Source: Salinivirgaceae bacterium (GTDB lineage: Bacteria > Bacteroidota > Bacteroidia > Bacteroidales > SZUA-534). From it: DNA of 64,000 bases. This document shows positions 1 to 10,195 of this stretch, in pieces. Below the pieces are notes generated by a model. That model was not told the origin of the DNA and made no database searches. It was given only the letters and a program-made list of their open reading frames with translations. The stretch covers positions 2,457 through 66,456 of the forward strand of contig JBFWMB010000008.1 of assembly GCA_050251815.1 (NCBI GenBank), in the 5' to 3' direction. The position numbers and the translations under genes were made by a program. Position 1 is the first letter of the stretch. Each line of letters opens with the position of its first letter.

Positions 1-21
1 AAGAAAAGTATTTGAATTAAA

Positions 22-375
22 TCATCCATGCCTGCAAAGTTTAATTATTCGTTCTTTAAAAGATCTTTTTCCATCATTAAATTCATCGGCTTTTTTCTCT
101 GACCGACGCATGCGCTTTTTCACGGCATGAGTCTGATTGTTGTACGTTTGCTTTCGTATCTTTTTCGATACTTTTTTATTTAAGCGTCGCTTTTTTCGTA
201 TTTCTGAAGCGTTCTTTAAATCGGTTTTGGTTTGTTCAATAAAATATTCCAGGGGAACCCTGCGTTTATCAGGTGTCTCAAGGTCTACAGAATAGCGGGT
301 ATTACTTTGCCCCTGTACCGAAACCGAAATTAACACAAACAAACTCACATACAACAAGCCATGCAAAATACTCAT
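22..375 (-). CDS. hypothetical secreted, highly basic (Lys/Arg-rich) protein
   Basis: 117-aa ORF with a signal-like N-terminus (LLYVSLFVLISVSVQG) followed by K/R-rich sequence. No family recognised. Confidence 0.4.
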   Translation of the reverse strand: MSILHGLLYVSLFVLISVSVQGQSNTRYSVDLETPDKRRVPLEYFIEQTKTDLKNASEIRKKRRLNKKVSKKIRKQTYNNQTHAVKKRMRRSEKKADEFNDGKRSFKERIIKLCRHG

Positions 376-410
376 TTTTTTATAACTTCCCGGTCAAAAA
401 TTTAACTAAG

Positions 411-863
411 ATGATGCAACGTTCAAAATTAACCATTTTTTACCTGCTTACAATTGTTGTCTTTCTTGTTAGCCATTCGTGCAGTAAAAAAAACGAACAT
501 CCCATTCCCGATATCGCCCTTTATATTGAACCCATATATATTTATGATCCGGAATATACCGAACTTTTACACGATTTTGGCGCGATAGTAATCCCCAACG
601 AAGGGTATCTCAACAACGGCATTTTATTGGTTAATGTTGGGAATCATGAATTTAAAGCTTACGATGCTACCTGCACTTATGAAATTGAAGCCGGCTGTCA
701 GGTAAGCCCCAATAAAAACCAAATAAACAGTGCCATTTGTTCGTGTTGCGGGAGTAACTACGAATTAAGCTTTGGTACACCTAACAGTGGCCCGGCAAAA
801 TATTTGCTGAAAGAGTATCATGTAGTATCCGATGGGGATTACCTTATAATTTATAATAAATAA
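411..863 (+). CDS. lipoprotein with a degenerate Rieske-like motif pair
   Basis: ORF 273..863 trimmed to the internal ATG at 411, giving MMQRSKLTIFYLLTIVVFLVSHSC (lipobox-like signal). CTYEIEAGC and CSCCGSNY resemble Rieske boxes CTHxGC and CPCHGS with both His replaced. Confidence 0.6.
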   Translation: MMQRSKLTIFYLLTIVVFLVSHSCSKKNEHPIPDIALYIEPIYIYDPEYTELLHDFGAIVIPNEGYLNNGILLVNVGNHEFKAYDATCTYEIEAGCQVSPNKNQINSAICSCCGSNYELSFGTPNSGPAKYLLKEYHVVSDGDYLIIYNK

Positions 864-894
864 AAAAGGAGGCTCAAAAAAACCTCCTTTTTTT
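864..894. terminator. bidirectional intrinsic terminator between convergent genes
   Basis: AGGAGG/CCTCCT stem (867-872 / 883-888) flanked by an A-run on the left and a T-run on the right. Confidence 0.6.
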
Positions 895-910
895 GATGAA
901 ATTCTATGTA

Positions 911-2368
911 TTAGTAGCGGTAATGATCGGGCTTGTATGGTCCATCGATCGGAACTCCTAAATACTGAGCCTGATTTGGCGTTAATTTAGTAAGCTTAAC
1001 TCCTAATTTATCAAGGTGTAAGCGGGCTACTTTTTCGTCGAGCGCTTTGGGCAAAGTATAAACCTGGTTCTCGTACTTGTTATTGTTGGTGTGAAGTTCG
1101 ATTTGCGCCAACACCTGGTTGGTAAATGAAGCTGACATGACAAAGCTGGGATGTCCGGTTGCACAACCTAAATTCAACAGGCGGCCTTCGGCCAAAATTA
1201 ACACGCTATGTCCATCGGCAAAAGTCCACTTATCGAATTGGGGCTTTATATTTGTCCTTTTAATACCGGGTGTCCTTGCCAATTCAGCCATTTGAATCTC
1301 ATTGTCAAAATGGCCAATATTACCAACTATGGCCATGTCTTTCATCTGGCTCATGTGTTTAGCGGTAATAATGTCTTTATTACCGGTTGTAGTTACAAAA
1401 ATATCAGCTGTAGCTACCACATCTTCAACGGTTTTTACCTCGTAGCCCTCCATTGCTGCTTGTAAAGCGCAAATGGGATCTATCTCTGTTACAATTACAC
1501 GGGCTCCCTGTCCGCGGAGCGACTGTGCGCTTCCTTTTCCCACGTCGCCATAACCACAAACTACGGCAACTTTACCAGCCAGCATTACATCAGTTGCCCG
1601 CATGATACCGTCGGTTAAAGAGTGGCGACATCCGTAAAGGTTGTCGAATTTCGATTTGGTAACCGAATCGTTTACATTAATTGCAGGGAAAGGCAGCTTA
1701 CCAACTTCAGCCATCTGGTACAAACGGTGTACACCAGTCGTTGTTTCTTCCGATACACCGCGAAGGCCTTCTCTTTTCCGAGTCCAGTAAGTAGGATCTT
1801 CGGATAGCTGTTTGCGGCACAATTCCAAAAACACACCCCATTCTTCGGCTTCGGTTTCGGGATTAAAATCAGGAACTTTTCCTGCCGCTTCAAACTCTGC
1901 TCCTTTAACCACCAGCATAGTAGCATCGCCTCCATCATCCAGAATCATGGTAGGACCACTTCCATCGGGCCACTGTAATGCCTGATGAGTACACCACCAA
2001 TATTCAGGTAGCGTTTCGCCTTTCCAGGCATAAACGGGTACACCCTTCGGATTGTCAATGGTTCCTTCTTTACCAACCACAACGGCTGCTGCGGCATGAT
2101 CCTGAGTTGAAAATATATTGCATGAAACCCAACGCACATCAGCCCCCAATTCAACCAGCGTTTCAATTAAAATGGCGGTTTGAACCGTCATGTGTAACGA
2201 ACCCATAATTTTAGCTCCGGCCAGGGGTTTCTTTCCTTTGTATTCTTCTCTTAAGGCCATTAAACCCGGCATCTCTATTTCGGCCAGATCAAGTTCTTTT
2301 CTGCCCCAATCGGCCAGCTTAATGTCGGCAATCTTAAAAGGGACTCTTTCTGTTAAAACTTCTGTCAT
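911..2368 (-). CDS. ahcY: adenosylhomocysteinase (S-adenosyl-L-homocysteine hydrolase)
   Basis: 485-aa ORF. N-terminus [35 protein letters not shown]-binding GYGDVGKG and C-terminal YRY are all typical of AhcY. Confidence 0.97.
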   Translation of the reverse strand: MTEVLTERVPFKIADIKLADWGRKELDLAEIEMPGLMALREEYKGKKPLAGAKIMGSLHMTVQTAILIETLVELGADVRWVSCNIFSTQDHAAAAVVVGKEGTIDNPKGVPVYAWKGETLPEYWWCTHQALQWPDGSGPTMILDDGGDATMLVVKGAEFEAAGKVPDFNPETEAEEWGVFLELCRKQLSEDPTYWTRKREGLRGVSEETTTGVHRLYQMAEVGKLPFPAINVNDSVTKSKFDNLYGCRHSLTDGIMRATDVMLAGKVAVVCGYGDVGKGSAQSLRGQGARVIVTEIDPICALQAAMEGYEVKTVEDVVATADIFVTTTGNKDIITAKHMSQMKDMAIVGNIGHFDNEIQMAELARTPGIKRTNIKPQFDKWTFADGHSVLILAEGRLLNLGCATGHPSFVMSASFTNQVLAQIELHTNNNKYENQVYTLPKALDEKVARLHLDKLGVKLTKLTPNQAQYLGVPIDGPYKPDHYRY

Positions 2369-4011
2369 TTTGTATTAATGTTTGTTTCGTTATTGCTTTC
2401 AAGTAAACGTATTCCCTCAAGTAAGGTTTTATCTATTTCCTGAATAACCGGATAAAACCCATCATTGTCGAAAATATTACGGGCAATAAGTGCTTTTATT
2501 TCTACATCGATAATTTTTCCCGAAAGCTCCAGGCCTTCTGCATCTTTTTTTATTCCCTTTTTTGCTGCAAAGGAAACAAATTCATCAAGTATGTTTTGCT
2601 TATTCAGGTACTCCGTTAATCCTTCTACATTTTTAAACTGCGAAAGCATTTGCCTGTTTTTATCGGTATATTCGAACGAGAAAAGATATTCCAAGCCTTT
2701 GCGTCGTATTTTCATTAAATAGTCGGAAACACCTGTAGTATCAACCGGAATAAAAACGTCGGGCATGATACCACCTCCACCATAAACCACACGACCACCT
2801 GAAGTATAATATTTTAATGAATCGGCTTGGTGTATGCTGTCTTTTTCCTGGAACTCTCCGTTTATAAATCGGTTGTGAATATCGTGATAATAGGCTTCCT
2901 GACCTTCATCGTAAGGTTTTTGAATACTTCGTCCGGCTGGAGTATAGTATCTTGCGATGGTTAAACGCAAACTTGAACCATCGTTAAACATTACAGGTTC
3001 CTGTACCAATCCCTTTCCAAATGAGCGACGACCAACAATTAATCCCCGATCGTTATCCTGAATGGCACCTGCAACAATTTCGGATGCGGAAGCCGACCAA
3101 TCGTCGATTAAAATTACCAAGCCCAAATCGATGCATGAAGAACGATGCGAAGCAAAATAGTCAGAACGCGGACGGGCCTTTCCTTCGGTGTAAACAATTA
3201 GTTTGCCGTTTTCAAGAAACTCGTCGACAATATTAATGGCTGCATCCATATAGCCACCGGAATTTCCCCGCAAATCGAAAACCAATTGCTTCATCCCTAA
3301 AGCTTTTAATTTAACAACGGCCTGTTGAAATTCTTTATAGGTAGTTCGTGCAAATTTTGAAAGCTTAATGTATCCGGTTTTTTCATCAATCATGTACGAC
3401 ACATCGATGCTATACAGGGGAATTTTATCGCGTGTAATGTTAAAATAAACCAAATCGCTCTCGCCCCGCCTAAAAATTCCTACGTTTACTTTGGTTCCTT
3501 TTTTTCCACGTAACAATTTCATTACCGAATCGTTTGTTATACCAATTCCGGCAATAAGCGAGTCGTTTACCGATACAATGCGGTCGCCATCTTTTATCCC
3601 CACTTTTTCCGACGGACCTCCCAAAATGGTTTTAATAACGGTAACGGTATCGTTTTGAATATTAAATTGCACACCAATACCATCGAAATTTCCTTCCAAA
3701 GGTTCGTTCATAGCATCATAGTCCATGGCAGGAATATAAATGGAATGGGGATCGAGATCATCGAGGATTTGTGGAATGGTGCTTTCAATTATTTCCGAAA
3801 TATTTACGGAATCAACATATTCCTGATCGATGTAGTTTAACACGGCATCGATTTTATTGTTTGCCATACCTTTGGCATGATAGCTTCTTACCTTTTTATT
3901 GTCAGACTGTTTTTGAATATACATACCCAAAACAATTGAAACAGCAATTAGCAAGGGTACACCAAATTTTGATAGTTTATTTTGTTGATTCATTTTCATC
4001 AATTTTTTCAA
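2365..4011 (-). CDS. S41 family carboxy-terminal processing peptidase
   Basis: 548-aa ORF with an N-terminal TM segment, a PDZ-like segment ([13 protein letters not shown]) and S41 catalytic region motifs ([18 protein letters not shown]). The 4-nt overlap with ahcY suggests co-transcription. Confidence 0.9.
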   Translation of the reverse strand: MKKLMKMNQQNKLSKFGVPLLIAVSIVLGMYIQKQSDNKKVRSYHAKGMANNKIDAVLNYIDQEYVDSVNISEIIESTIPQILDDLDPHSIYIPAMDYDAMNEPLEGNFDGIGVQFNIQNDTVTVIKTILGGPSEKVGIKDGDRIVSVNDSLIAGIGITNDSVMKLLRGKKGTKVNVGIFRRGESDLVYFNITRDKIPLYSIDVSYMIDEKTGYIKLSKFARTTYKEFQQAVVKLKALGMKQLVFDLRGNSGGYMDAAINIVDEFLENGKLIVYTEGKARPRSDYFASHRSSCIDLGLVILIDDWSASASEIVAGAIQDNDRGLIVGRRSFGKGLVQEPVMFNDGSSLRLTIARYYTPAGRSIQKPYDEGQEAYYHDIHNRFINGEFQEKDSIHQADSLKYYTSGGRVVYGGGGIMPDVFIPVDTTGVSDYLMKIRRKGLEYLFSFEYTDKNRQMLSQFKNVEGLTEYLNKQNILDEFVSFAAKKGIKKDAEGLELSGKIIDVEIKALIARNIFDNDGFYPVIQEIDKTLLEGIRLLESNNETNINTK

Positions 4012-4444
4012 CTTGAATAATTTCGATACCAGCCTTTTTTAACAGGTTAATTCCATCGTGCAAACGGTAATTATCAGAAAAAACTACCCGCTTAATACCC
4101 GCCTGAATAATAAGTTTTGAACATTCAAGACAAGGCGATGAGGTAACATAAAGGGTAGCTCCTTCGCTACTGTTGTTCGACCGAGCCACCTTAGTAATGG
4201 CATTGGCTTCGGCATGTAAAACGTATGGTTTGGTTTTATTGTTTTCGTCTTCGCAAATATTTTCAAATCCCGCAGGCGTTCCATTGTAGCCATCAGAGAT
4301 TATCATTCGGTCTTTTACCAGCAAAGCTCCTACTTTTCGACGCTCACAATAGGAATTTTCAGCCCAAATCAGGGCCATTTTAATGTAGCGCAAATCGAGA
4401 AGGTATTGCTTTTTTTCTGTAGGATTCGACTTTTGAGCAGCCAT
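3977..4444 (-). CDS. deoxycytidylate (dCMP) deaminase, ComEB-like
   Basis: 155-aa ORF with the cytidine/deoxycytidylate deaminase zinc motifs HAEANAI and PCLECSKLI. Confidence 0.9.
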   Translation of the reverse strand: MAAQKSNPTEKKQYLLDLRYIKMALIWAENSYCERRKVGALLVKDRMIISDGYNGTPAGFENICEDENNKTKPYVLHAEANAITKVARSNNSSEGATLYVTSSPCLECSKLIIQAGIKRVVFSDNYRLHDGINLLKKAGIEIIQVEKIDENESTK

Positions 4445-4457
4445 ACGCGTAACTATT

Positions 4458-4487
4458 AAAAAAAAACCCTCAAAACTGAGGGTTTTT
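4458..4487 (-). terminator. intrinsic terminator following tRNA-Leu
   Basis: CCCTCA/TGAGGG stem (4467-4472 / 4477-4482) with a 4-nt loop. The 9-nt A-run on the + strand gives a U-run on the - strand immediately after the hairpin. Confidence 0.65.
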
Positions 4488-4488
4488 G

Positions 4489-4572
4489 TACCCAGGGCCG
4501 GGCTCGAACCGGCACGGGTTTAACCCCACTGGTGTTTGAGACCAGCGCGTCTACCAATTCCGCCACCTGGGC
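4489..4572 (-). tRNA. tRNA-Leu (anticodon CAA), long variable arm
   Basis: Reverse complement reads GCCCAGGTGGCGGAATTGGTAGACGCGCTGGTCTCAAACACCAGTGGGGTTAAACCCGTGCCGGTTCGAGCCCGGCCCTGGGTA. D-loop AATTGGTAGA, anticodon stem CTGGT/ACCAG around loop CTCAAAC, long extra arm, T-loop GGTTCGAGCC. No encoded CCA. Confidence 0.92.
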
Positions 4573-4758
4573 ATGGTCTTTCTTTTTAATCCATTCAGAC
4601 AATTAAAGTTTTTTGCTTTTCTCGTCTGATGCTCAGTGGCGGCTACTCTCCCGAATTATCGGATTTTGGTCTGCCATAAGCAATTATTTAGGTCTGCGAA
4701 TATAGAATATTTGTTTAATTCAAGCAAATAAAATTTCTTTTTTGTTAAAAAGCTGTGA

Positions 4759-4989
4759 TTAATCTTTTATTTCCTCATAATCAACATATTCTCCGTCGTC
4801 CTTGGTAAACAACTTCGATTTACCCGGGTTTTTGTCAACCGAAACTTCACCTTCTTTCCGTCGGTTTTCGCGACCGGAATCGAATCCAGCACCCGATGAT
4901 GCCTTATTTATTAAAGAAGCAAAGAACCATTTTACCAGAAATCCGAGCAAATAGATAACAATAAAAAATATCAATAAAAATTTTAACAT
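4759..4989 (-). CDS. DUF4834-like small membrane protein
   Basis: ORF 4759..5010 trimmed to the ATG at 4989 (MLKFLLIFFIVIYLLGF), which avoids overlap with the upstream gene. One N-terminal TM and an acidic tail GEYVDYEEIKD, as in Bacteroidota DUF4834 proteins. Confidence 0.6.
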   Translation of the reverse strand: MLKFLLIFFIVIYLLGFLVKWFFASLINKASSGAGFDSGRENRRKEGEVSVDKNPGKSKLFTKDDGEYVDYEEIKD

Positions 4990-4993
4990 ACTA

Positions 4994-5539
4994 CTAATTA
5001 TTAATGGCAATTGCGATTGCTATGACCAGGTAAAATAGAGCGGCAAACAATTCGTAGCGGCCTTGTTTTAATTTTTTCATTTGGAAACCCATCAAATATC
5101 CTACCAATGCAAAAATGGTAAATATTGTCAGTCCATAAAACATTTTTACGGTAGTTTGTTCCAACATTCCAAACCCCAAACCCACAAAAAAACTATTAAT
5201 AACCATAAGTACCGTAAGAATCCGATATCCTTGTTTATCGATGGGATTAACGGCTCGCTTGAGTTTGTTTAGTTTAAACCCGTCGAAAAGCATTTTTATT
5301 GAAAAAATAAAAAATAAGCTTGCGGCATACCAGTTGTTAAATTGTGGCCAGGTATTGCCAACCAGATTCCCAAAAAAAATACCCACACCTAAAACCAGGG
5401 AGGCGGTAATTGCTGCTCCCAGCAATTTAAATACATCAACTGCAAGTATTTTCTTTTGAAAAAAAGCAGTAATTGAAGCCATTAAAAAGAGTTCGATGGC
5501 CAACAAAACCAGAGATACAATATAAAAAGTAAAAATCAT
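4994..5539 (-). CDS. MntP/DUF204-like multi-pass membrane protein
   Basis: 181 aa with about six hydrophobic segments. NNWYAASLFFIFSIKMLFDGFK resembles the E. coli MntP segment [22 protein letters not shown]. Assigned from memory of the family only. Confidence 0.5.
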   Translation of the reverse strand: MIFTFYIVSLVLLAIELFLMASITAFFQKKILAVDVFKLLGAAITASLVLGVGIFFGNLVGNTWPQFNNWYAASLFFIFSIKMLFDGFKLNKLKRAVNPIDKQGYRILTVLMVINSFFVGLGFGMLEQTTVKMFYGLTIFTIFALVGYLMGFQMKKLKQGRYELFAALFYLVIAIAIAINN

Positions 5540-5543
5540 GTGC

Positions 5544-8285
5544 TTAGTTTAATTTATAGTTGAACAAGTATTGTTCGTCGCCACCCACAACCAGGTTAAA
5601 GCGCGCCGAACCCGGTTCTAAAACACCAATACTAAAACGGGTTTTACCCGGCAACGGAAATCCATCCATAAACTTACCCCGGGAGTTAAAAAGATAAATC
5701 TTTTGCGAACCTGTCTCGGTAATGCCAATGGCAGTTTGGCTGGCTGAGAATTGATAAAATGCCGGCTCGTGCATAATTTCAGTCGAAAAAGTATACTCAT
5801 ATTGCTTTTTGCCCGCAACAGTAAATACCGTCAGTTTATTTTTATCTACAAAGACAATATCTGCAATATTGTCGCCAGTAACATCTTCGAATTTAAAATA
5901 ATGTAACGGTGAAAAATCGGCAATGGGTTGCGATTCCACTTCGCCGTTAAAATAAATATAATAAAGTGTTCCGCCTTCGTCGGTTCGAATTAAACGCCCG
6001 CTGCGTGTGGCAGTCCCAGCCTGGTATTCGAACAAATTGTTACGCGAAGGATTGAACTGTTTGTTTAGTTTTATGCGGGGATTACCTCTGCGATCGAGTA
6101 TGTAAATACGCGAAACATCAGTTACCAAAAGATAATCCTTGTCTTTATCGCGAACATATTGCACGGGCGAAATAATCGGGTTATCGGCTCCTTTAAAATT
6201 AAACCCGGTTACTATTCGGCCCTCAATATCGTAACAATAAACCTGTTTATCAGCAGTGGGCACAAAAATCCGATAATTTTTCCGCTTATCGTAATCAAAA
6301 ATCGACAAGGCATTTACTGCTTTTGCAGGCAAATTAATCGGATAGCGCTCTACGAAATTTCCGTTCCGGTCGAGTAAATGAATCTGGCTTTCGGTATTAA
6401 ACAGGTATTGCAACTTACCATTTTTGTAATAATCAATCTGGGTAACTTCGCTTAAAATGGGCTCTTCCAATTTCTTTTTCCAAAGTATCCGGCCGGTTTT
6501 ATTGATTAAATAAACGGTATTTTTCATGTCCTGCACCAGAATCTCCTTCTCGTTGTTGTAATGATTAACTACCAGTTGTGGCTTAAAAGCTATGGTAGTG
6601 TCGAGCCGGGTTTCCCATTCAGTTGCCGCTTTTATTTTGTTCGAAGGTTGATGCCGGAACAAAAAATTATTGTAGTACATGTTATTTTCCGATGCAATTT
6701 GCCACGACACCGCATAAAAATCGCGCAGTATGGATTGATGCTTTTTAAAATAAGCAAAAGCATCGGGTGTCAAAAATTCATTCAGAAAACCGGTGCTTCC
6801 GGTTAAAGAAACAAAAGCATAAAAATTAACTTTATTCGACAAAAAATCGGAATACTGGTTGTAAGCTCCGTCGAAAGCCATGGTTTTTTGCAGTACATTA
6901 TTATATATAACCCGCGATAGGGTGTGAACCGATTCACCAAAAATCAGGAAATCATCGAAAGCAGTTACATACGTTGCCGAACAGGCTTTAAACCAGGGAC
7001 CAAACATACGTACCGGAAAATACGTGGTGGGAAACCGGTAAATCGGAAATTTGGTTTCGTTATCAATTTTGCATTCGTGAATAAGGCTTTGTTTCGAAAT
7101 TCCTTCCGTCCTGGCATAATGGGTAATCCATTTTTGTATCAACTCATTGGCATCGTGATATCCTTTGGTTCGGATATAAAACAAAGTTGATCCGTTGGCA
7201 TAATTTACCTGAGCCAGTTCATGGTCAAAAATAGCCAGCAAATCTTTTTCGTAGCTTGGCCCAAGCACAGCCACCAGTTGCTTTTGATTTATTTCGTGCC
7301 GTTCGCTTTGGTTTATGGCCGCCATATGCTTCTGCAACTGCTCCTCGAAACGGGCCAGGTTGCTAATACCAAAAGCAGCAAACGATTCAACTCCTGTAGG
7401 AACCCACTTTATAAATTTAAGGTTTTGCGGTTCCTGAGAATCCAGTAATGAATAGAAATGTGCCGGATTATTGGTGTTTTGTGTAAAGCCATTAATCAGC
7501 CAGGTTTGGTTTTTAAAATTCAAATCGAGCACGCTCCATTCGCCCATATGCTTAATTTCTCGCTCATTTAGAAATTCAGCAGCTATTAACTTGGTATAAA
7601 AGGCATCAAATCGATTAAAATTTACGTAGATGTTAGCATCGGCATGCTTTCCGGCTGTTTTTCGCAAGTTCTGAAGTCCGTTTTGACTACCCAAACCGGT
7701 ATCCACTTCAACCTGACGCAAAGCATCCTGCAATAGCAATTCCGATTCACTGGCCATAAGTATGCCCCGGTGGTATGCATAAAAAACGCTGGAACGCGAG
7801 TTTTTATAAGTATAAACTTTTACCTGGTTGTATTTGCCTTCCGATAAATTTGCGGTATTTAAAACCGAGGTATGTAGTTGTTTAAAAAACTGATTTGCCT
7901 CGAACCGTCCTGAAAGGTGAGTTATATAAAGCAGCTCAAACTGTTTGTTTCCCACCTCGTGTAACGACAAGCTTAGGGTATTATCGCGCCCGTCGCTCAG
8001 CAATTTTTCATTGGTTTTTAAAAGCGAATCAATAACCAGCATTTTTTTTGCCACTAGGGCCAGTTCAGGCAACTCCTGCAATTGATTAGCCAAACGATTG
8101 TCTTGCGAAACCTCCTGAAGAAAAAGTGCGGGATTATTTATTTCAGCAACCAAAGCGGCATTAACCGGAATGGCTGCAAAGGCATCAATTTTTGGACTTT
8201 GCTGTTTTTTAAGGTAAATATAAAACCCAACAATTACCGTTACAAAAACTACAATTACAATAATAAATCCAGGCTTTTTATTCAT
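5544..8285 (-). CDS. large conserved hypothetical protein, N-terminal TM anchor and C-terminal beta-propeller-like repeats
   Basis: 913-aa uninterrupted ORF with TM segment FIIVIVVFVTVIVGFYIYL. The C-terminal third has repeated blade-like segments (YLINKTGRILW, HLLDRNGNFV, YCYDIEGRIV, YILDRRGNP, YLFNSRGKFM). Confidence 0.75.
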   Translation of the reverse strand: MNKKPGFIIVIVVFVTVIVGFYIYLKKQQSPKIDAFAAIPVNAALVAEINNPALFLQEVSQDNRLANQLQELPELALVAKKMLVIDSLLKTNEKLLSDGRDNTLSLSLHEVGNKQFELLYITHLSGRFEANQFFKQLHTSVLNTANLSEGKYNQVKVYTYKNSRSSVFYAYHRGILMASESELLLQDALRQVEVDTGLGSQNGLQNLRKTAGKHADANIYVNFNRFDAFYTKLIAAEFLNEREIKHMGEWSVLDLNFKNQTWLINGFTQNTNNPAHFYSLLDSQEPQNLKFIKWVPTGVESFAAFGISNLARFEEQLQKHMAAINQSERHEINQKQLVAVLGPSYEKDLLAIFDHELAQVNYANGSTLFYIRTKGYHDANELIQKWITHYARTEGISKQSLIHECKIDNETKFPIYRFPTTYFPVRMFGPWFKACSATYVTAFDDFLIFGESVHTLSRVIYNNVLQKTMAFDGAYNQYSDFLSNKVNFYAFVSLTGSTGFLNEFLTPDAFAYFKKHQSILRDFYAVSWQIASENNMYYNNFLFRHQPSNKIKAATEWETRLDTTIAFKPQLVVNHYNNEKEILVQDMKNTVYLINKTGRILWKKKLEEPILSEVTQIDYYKNGKLQYLFNTESQIHLLDRNGNFVERYPINLPAKAVNALSIFDYDKRKNYRIFVPTADKQVYCYDIEGRIVTGFNFKGADNPIISPVQYVRDKDKDYLLVTDVSRIYILDRRGNPRIKLNKQFNPSRNNLFEYQAGTATRSGRLIRTDEGGTLYYIYFNGEVESQPIADFSPLHYFKFEDVTGDNIADIVFVDKNKLTVFTVAGKKQYEYTFSTEIMHEPAFYQFSASQTAIGITETGSQKIYLFNSRGKFMDGFPLPGKTRFSIGVLEPGSARFNLVVGGDEQYLFNYKLN

Positions 8286-8513
8286 GCTTTTTAAACGTTC
8301 AAATCTGCATCAAAAATATAAAAATTAAGGGAGCCCCCGGCAAAATAGCCGTTATAATGCTTATAATTTTTCTGTTAATCATTCCGTTTTTTAAACGGAT
8401 TCGGCCATCTGCTAAAATTAAACCTTTTTACATACCGAATAATTGCAGTATAATTAATCCTAAAAGCAAATAAACAATAATTAAATAAATTTTTTATAAG
8501 TCAACTATTCAGC

Positions 8514-8521
8514 TATTTTTG
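8514..8521 (+). promoter_or_regulatory. candidate Bacteroidota -7 promoter element (TAnnTTTG) for glyQS
   Basis: TATTTTTG lies 24 nt upstream of the glyQS ATG in an AT-rich intergenic region. Confidence 0.4.
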
Positions 8522-8544
8522 CGAGTTGATTAAAATAAATTTTT

Positions 8545-10098
8545 ATGGCTCAAGAAGATGTTTTCAAAAAAATAATTGCCCACTCAAAAGAGTACGGGTT
8601 TATTTTCCAATCGAGTGAATTATACGACGGATTAAGTGCTGTTTACGATTATGGTCAATACGGCTCAGAGCTCAAAAACAACATTAAAAAATACTGGTGG
8701 GATTCCATGGTAAAACTAAACGAAAACATTGTTGGGATTGATGCCGCCATTTTTATGCATCCTACCGTATGGAAAGCATCGGGCCACGTAGGAGCATTTA
8801 ACGATCCGCTTATCGATAACAAAGACTCAAAAAAGCGTTACCGTGCCGATGTGCTTATTGAAGAGCATCTTGAAAAAATTGAAGCCAAAATATCAAAAGA
8901 AATTGAAAAAGCTTCCGCTAAATTTGGGGCAGCCTTCGACGAAGCCCAATTCCGTGCAACCAATCAGCGGGTAATTGCCAACCAGGAAAAAATCGATCGC
9001 ATAAAAAAACGCTTTGTGTCGGCTCTTGAAACCGACAATTTAGCCGAAGTAAAACAACTTATCGAAGATTGCGAAATTGTTTGCCCCATTTCGGGGTCAA
9101 AAAACTGGACCGACGTACGCCAGTTTAACCTGATGTTCGAAACCAAACTGGGCTCGGTTAGCGAAGAGGCCAGCAGCATTTATCTGCGCCCGGAAACTGC
9201 CCAGGGAATTTTTGTTAACTACCTGAACGTTCAAAAAAGCGGGCGCATGAAAATTCCCTTTGGAATAGCCCAAATTGGAAAAGCGTTCCGTAACGAAATT
9301 GTTGCCCGCCAGTTTATTTTCCGCATGCGCGAATTTGAACAAATGGAGATGCAGTTCTTTGTGCGTCCGGGCGAAGAACTCGAGTGGTTTGCCAAATGGA
9401 AGGAAATACGTTTAAGATGGCACAAGGCCCTGGGCTTCGATACAAAAAAATACCGTCTCCACGATCACGACAAGCTGGCGCATTACGCCAACGCTGCTAC
9501 CGATATTGAGTTTGAATTCCCCATTGGTTTTAAAGAAGTGGAAGGAATTCATTCGCGTACCGATTTCGATTTGTCGCAACATCAGGAATACAGCGGCAAA
9601 AAAATCCAGTATTTCGATCCCGAACTAAATAAAAACTACATTCCTTACGTAATAGAAACTTCAATTGGTCTCGACCGCATGTTCCTGCTAATCCTGTCGA
9701 ATGCATACGACGAGGAAACCATTGAACAAGACGGTAAAACCGACACCCGTGTGGTGTTGCGCATTCCGCCAGAGTTGGCTCCGGTAAAGTTGGCCGTGCT
9801 TCCACTGCTTCGTAAAGACGGATTGCCCGAAAAAGCCCGGGAGATTCTCAACGATTTAAAGTTTGATGTAAATTGTATCTACGAAGAAAAAGACTCTATC
9901 GGCAAACGCTACCGTCGTCAGGATGCTATTGGAACCCCTTATTGCATTACCGTTGATCACGACACACTAACTGACCATAAAGTTACCCTGCGAGACCGCG
10001 ATACCATGCAACAAGAGCGGATTCCCATCGACAAGGTAAAAGAAATTGTAATAGGAAAAACAAGTATGACCAATTTATTGAAAAAAATTGAAGGATAA
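8545..10098 (+). CDS. glyQS: glycine--tRNA ligase (class II, dimeric type)
   Basis: 517-aa ORF. N-terminus KEYGFIFQSSELYDGLSAVYDYGQYG, YLRPETAQGIFVN and FRNEI..R.F.FRMREFEQMEMQFF are GlyRS signatures. Confidence 0.96.
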   Translation: MAQEDVFKKIIAHSKEYGFIFQSSELYDGLSAVYDYGQYGSELKNNIKKYWWDSMVKLNENIVGIDAAIFMHPTVWKASGHVGAFNDPLIDNKDSKKRYRADVLIEEHLEKIEAKISKEIEKASAKFGAAFDEAQFRATNQRVIANQEKIDRIKKRFVSALETDNLAEVKQLIEDCEIVCPISGSKNWTDVRQFNLMFETKLGSVSEEASSIYLRPETAQGIFVNYLNVQKSGRMKIPFGIAQIGKAFRNEIVARQFIFRMREFEQMEMQFFVRPGEELEWFAKWKEIRLRWHKALGFDTKKYRLHDHDKLAHYANAATDIEFEFPIGFKEVEGIHSRTDFDLSQHQEYSGKKIQYFDPELNKNYIPYVIETSIGLDRMFLLILSNAYDEETIEQDGKTDTRVVLRIPPELAPVKLAVLPLLRKDGLPEKAREILNDLKFDVNCIYEEKDSIGKRYRRQDAIGTPYCITVDHDTLTDHKVTLRDRDTMQQERIPIDKVKEIVIGKTSMTNLLKKIEG

Positions 10099-10195
10099 AT
10101 TAATTGCGAATAGAAGGAATTTATTGCTATGCGAATCGCATAATTTTCTATTTTTACATTTGTTAAAGAACAATACCAAAAAAACGCTCGAAATT

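Noticed and set aside
4573-4758. A possible ncRNA (SRP, 6S or tmRNA-like) in the 186-bp gap upstream of tRNA-Leu
   Set aside because: I could identify no conserved ncRNA signature or convincing extended structure by eye. The gap most likely holds the tRNA promoter and leader.
10088-10195. Upstream extension of the 10088..11080 ORF, overlapping the end of glyQS
   Set aside because: The extension lacks signal-peptide character. The internal ATG at 10196 gives a canonical signal peptide and removes the overlap.
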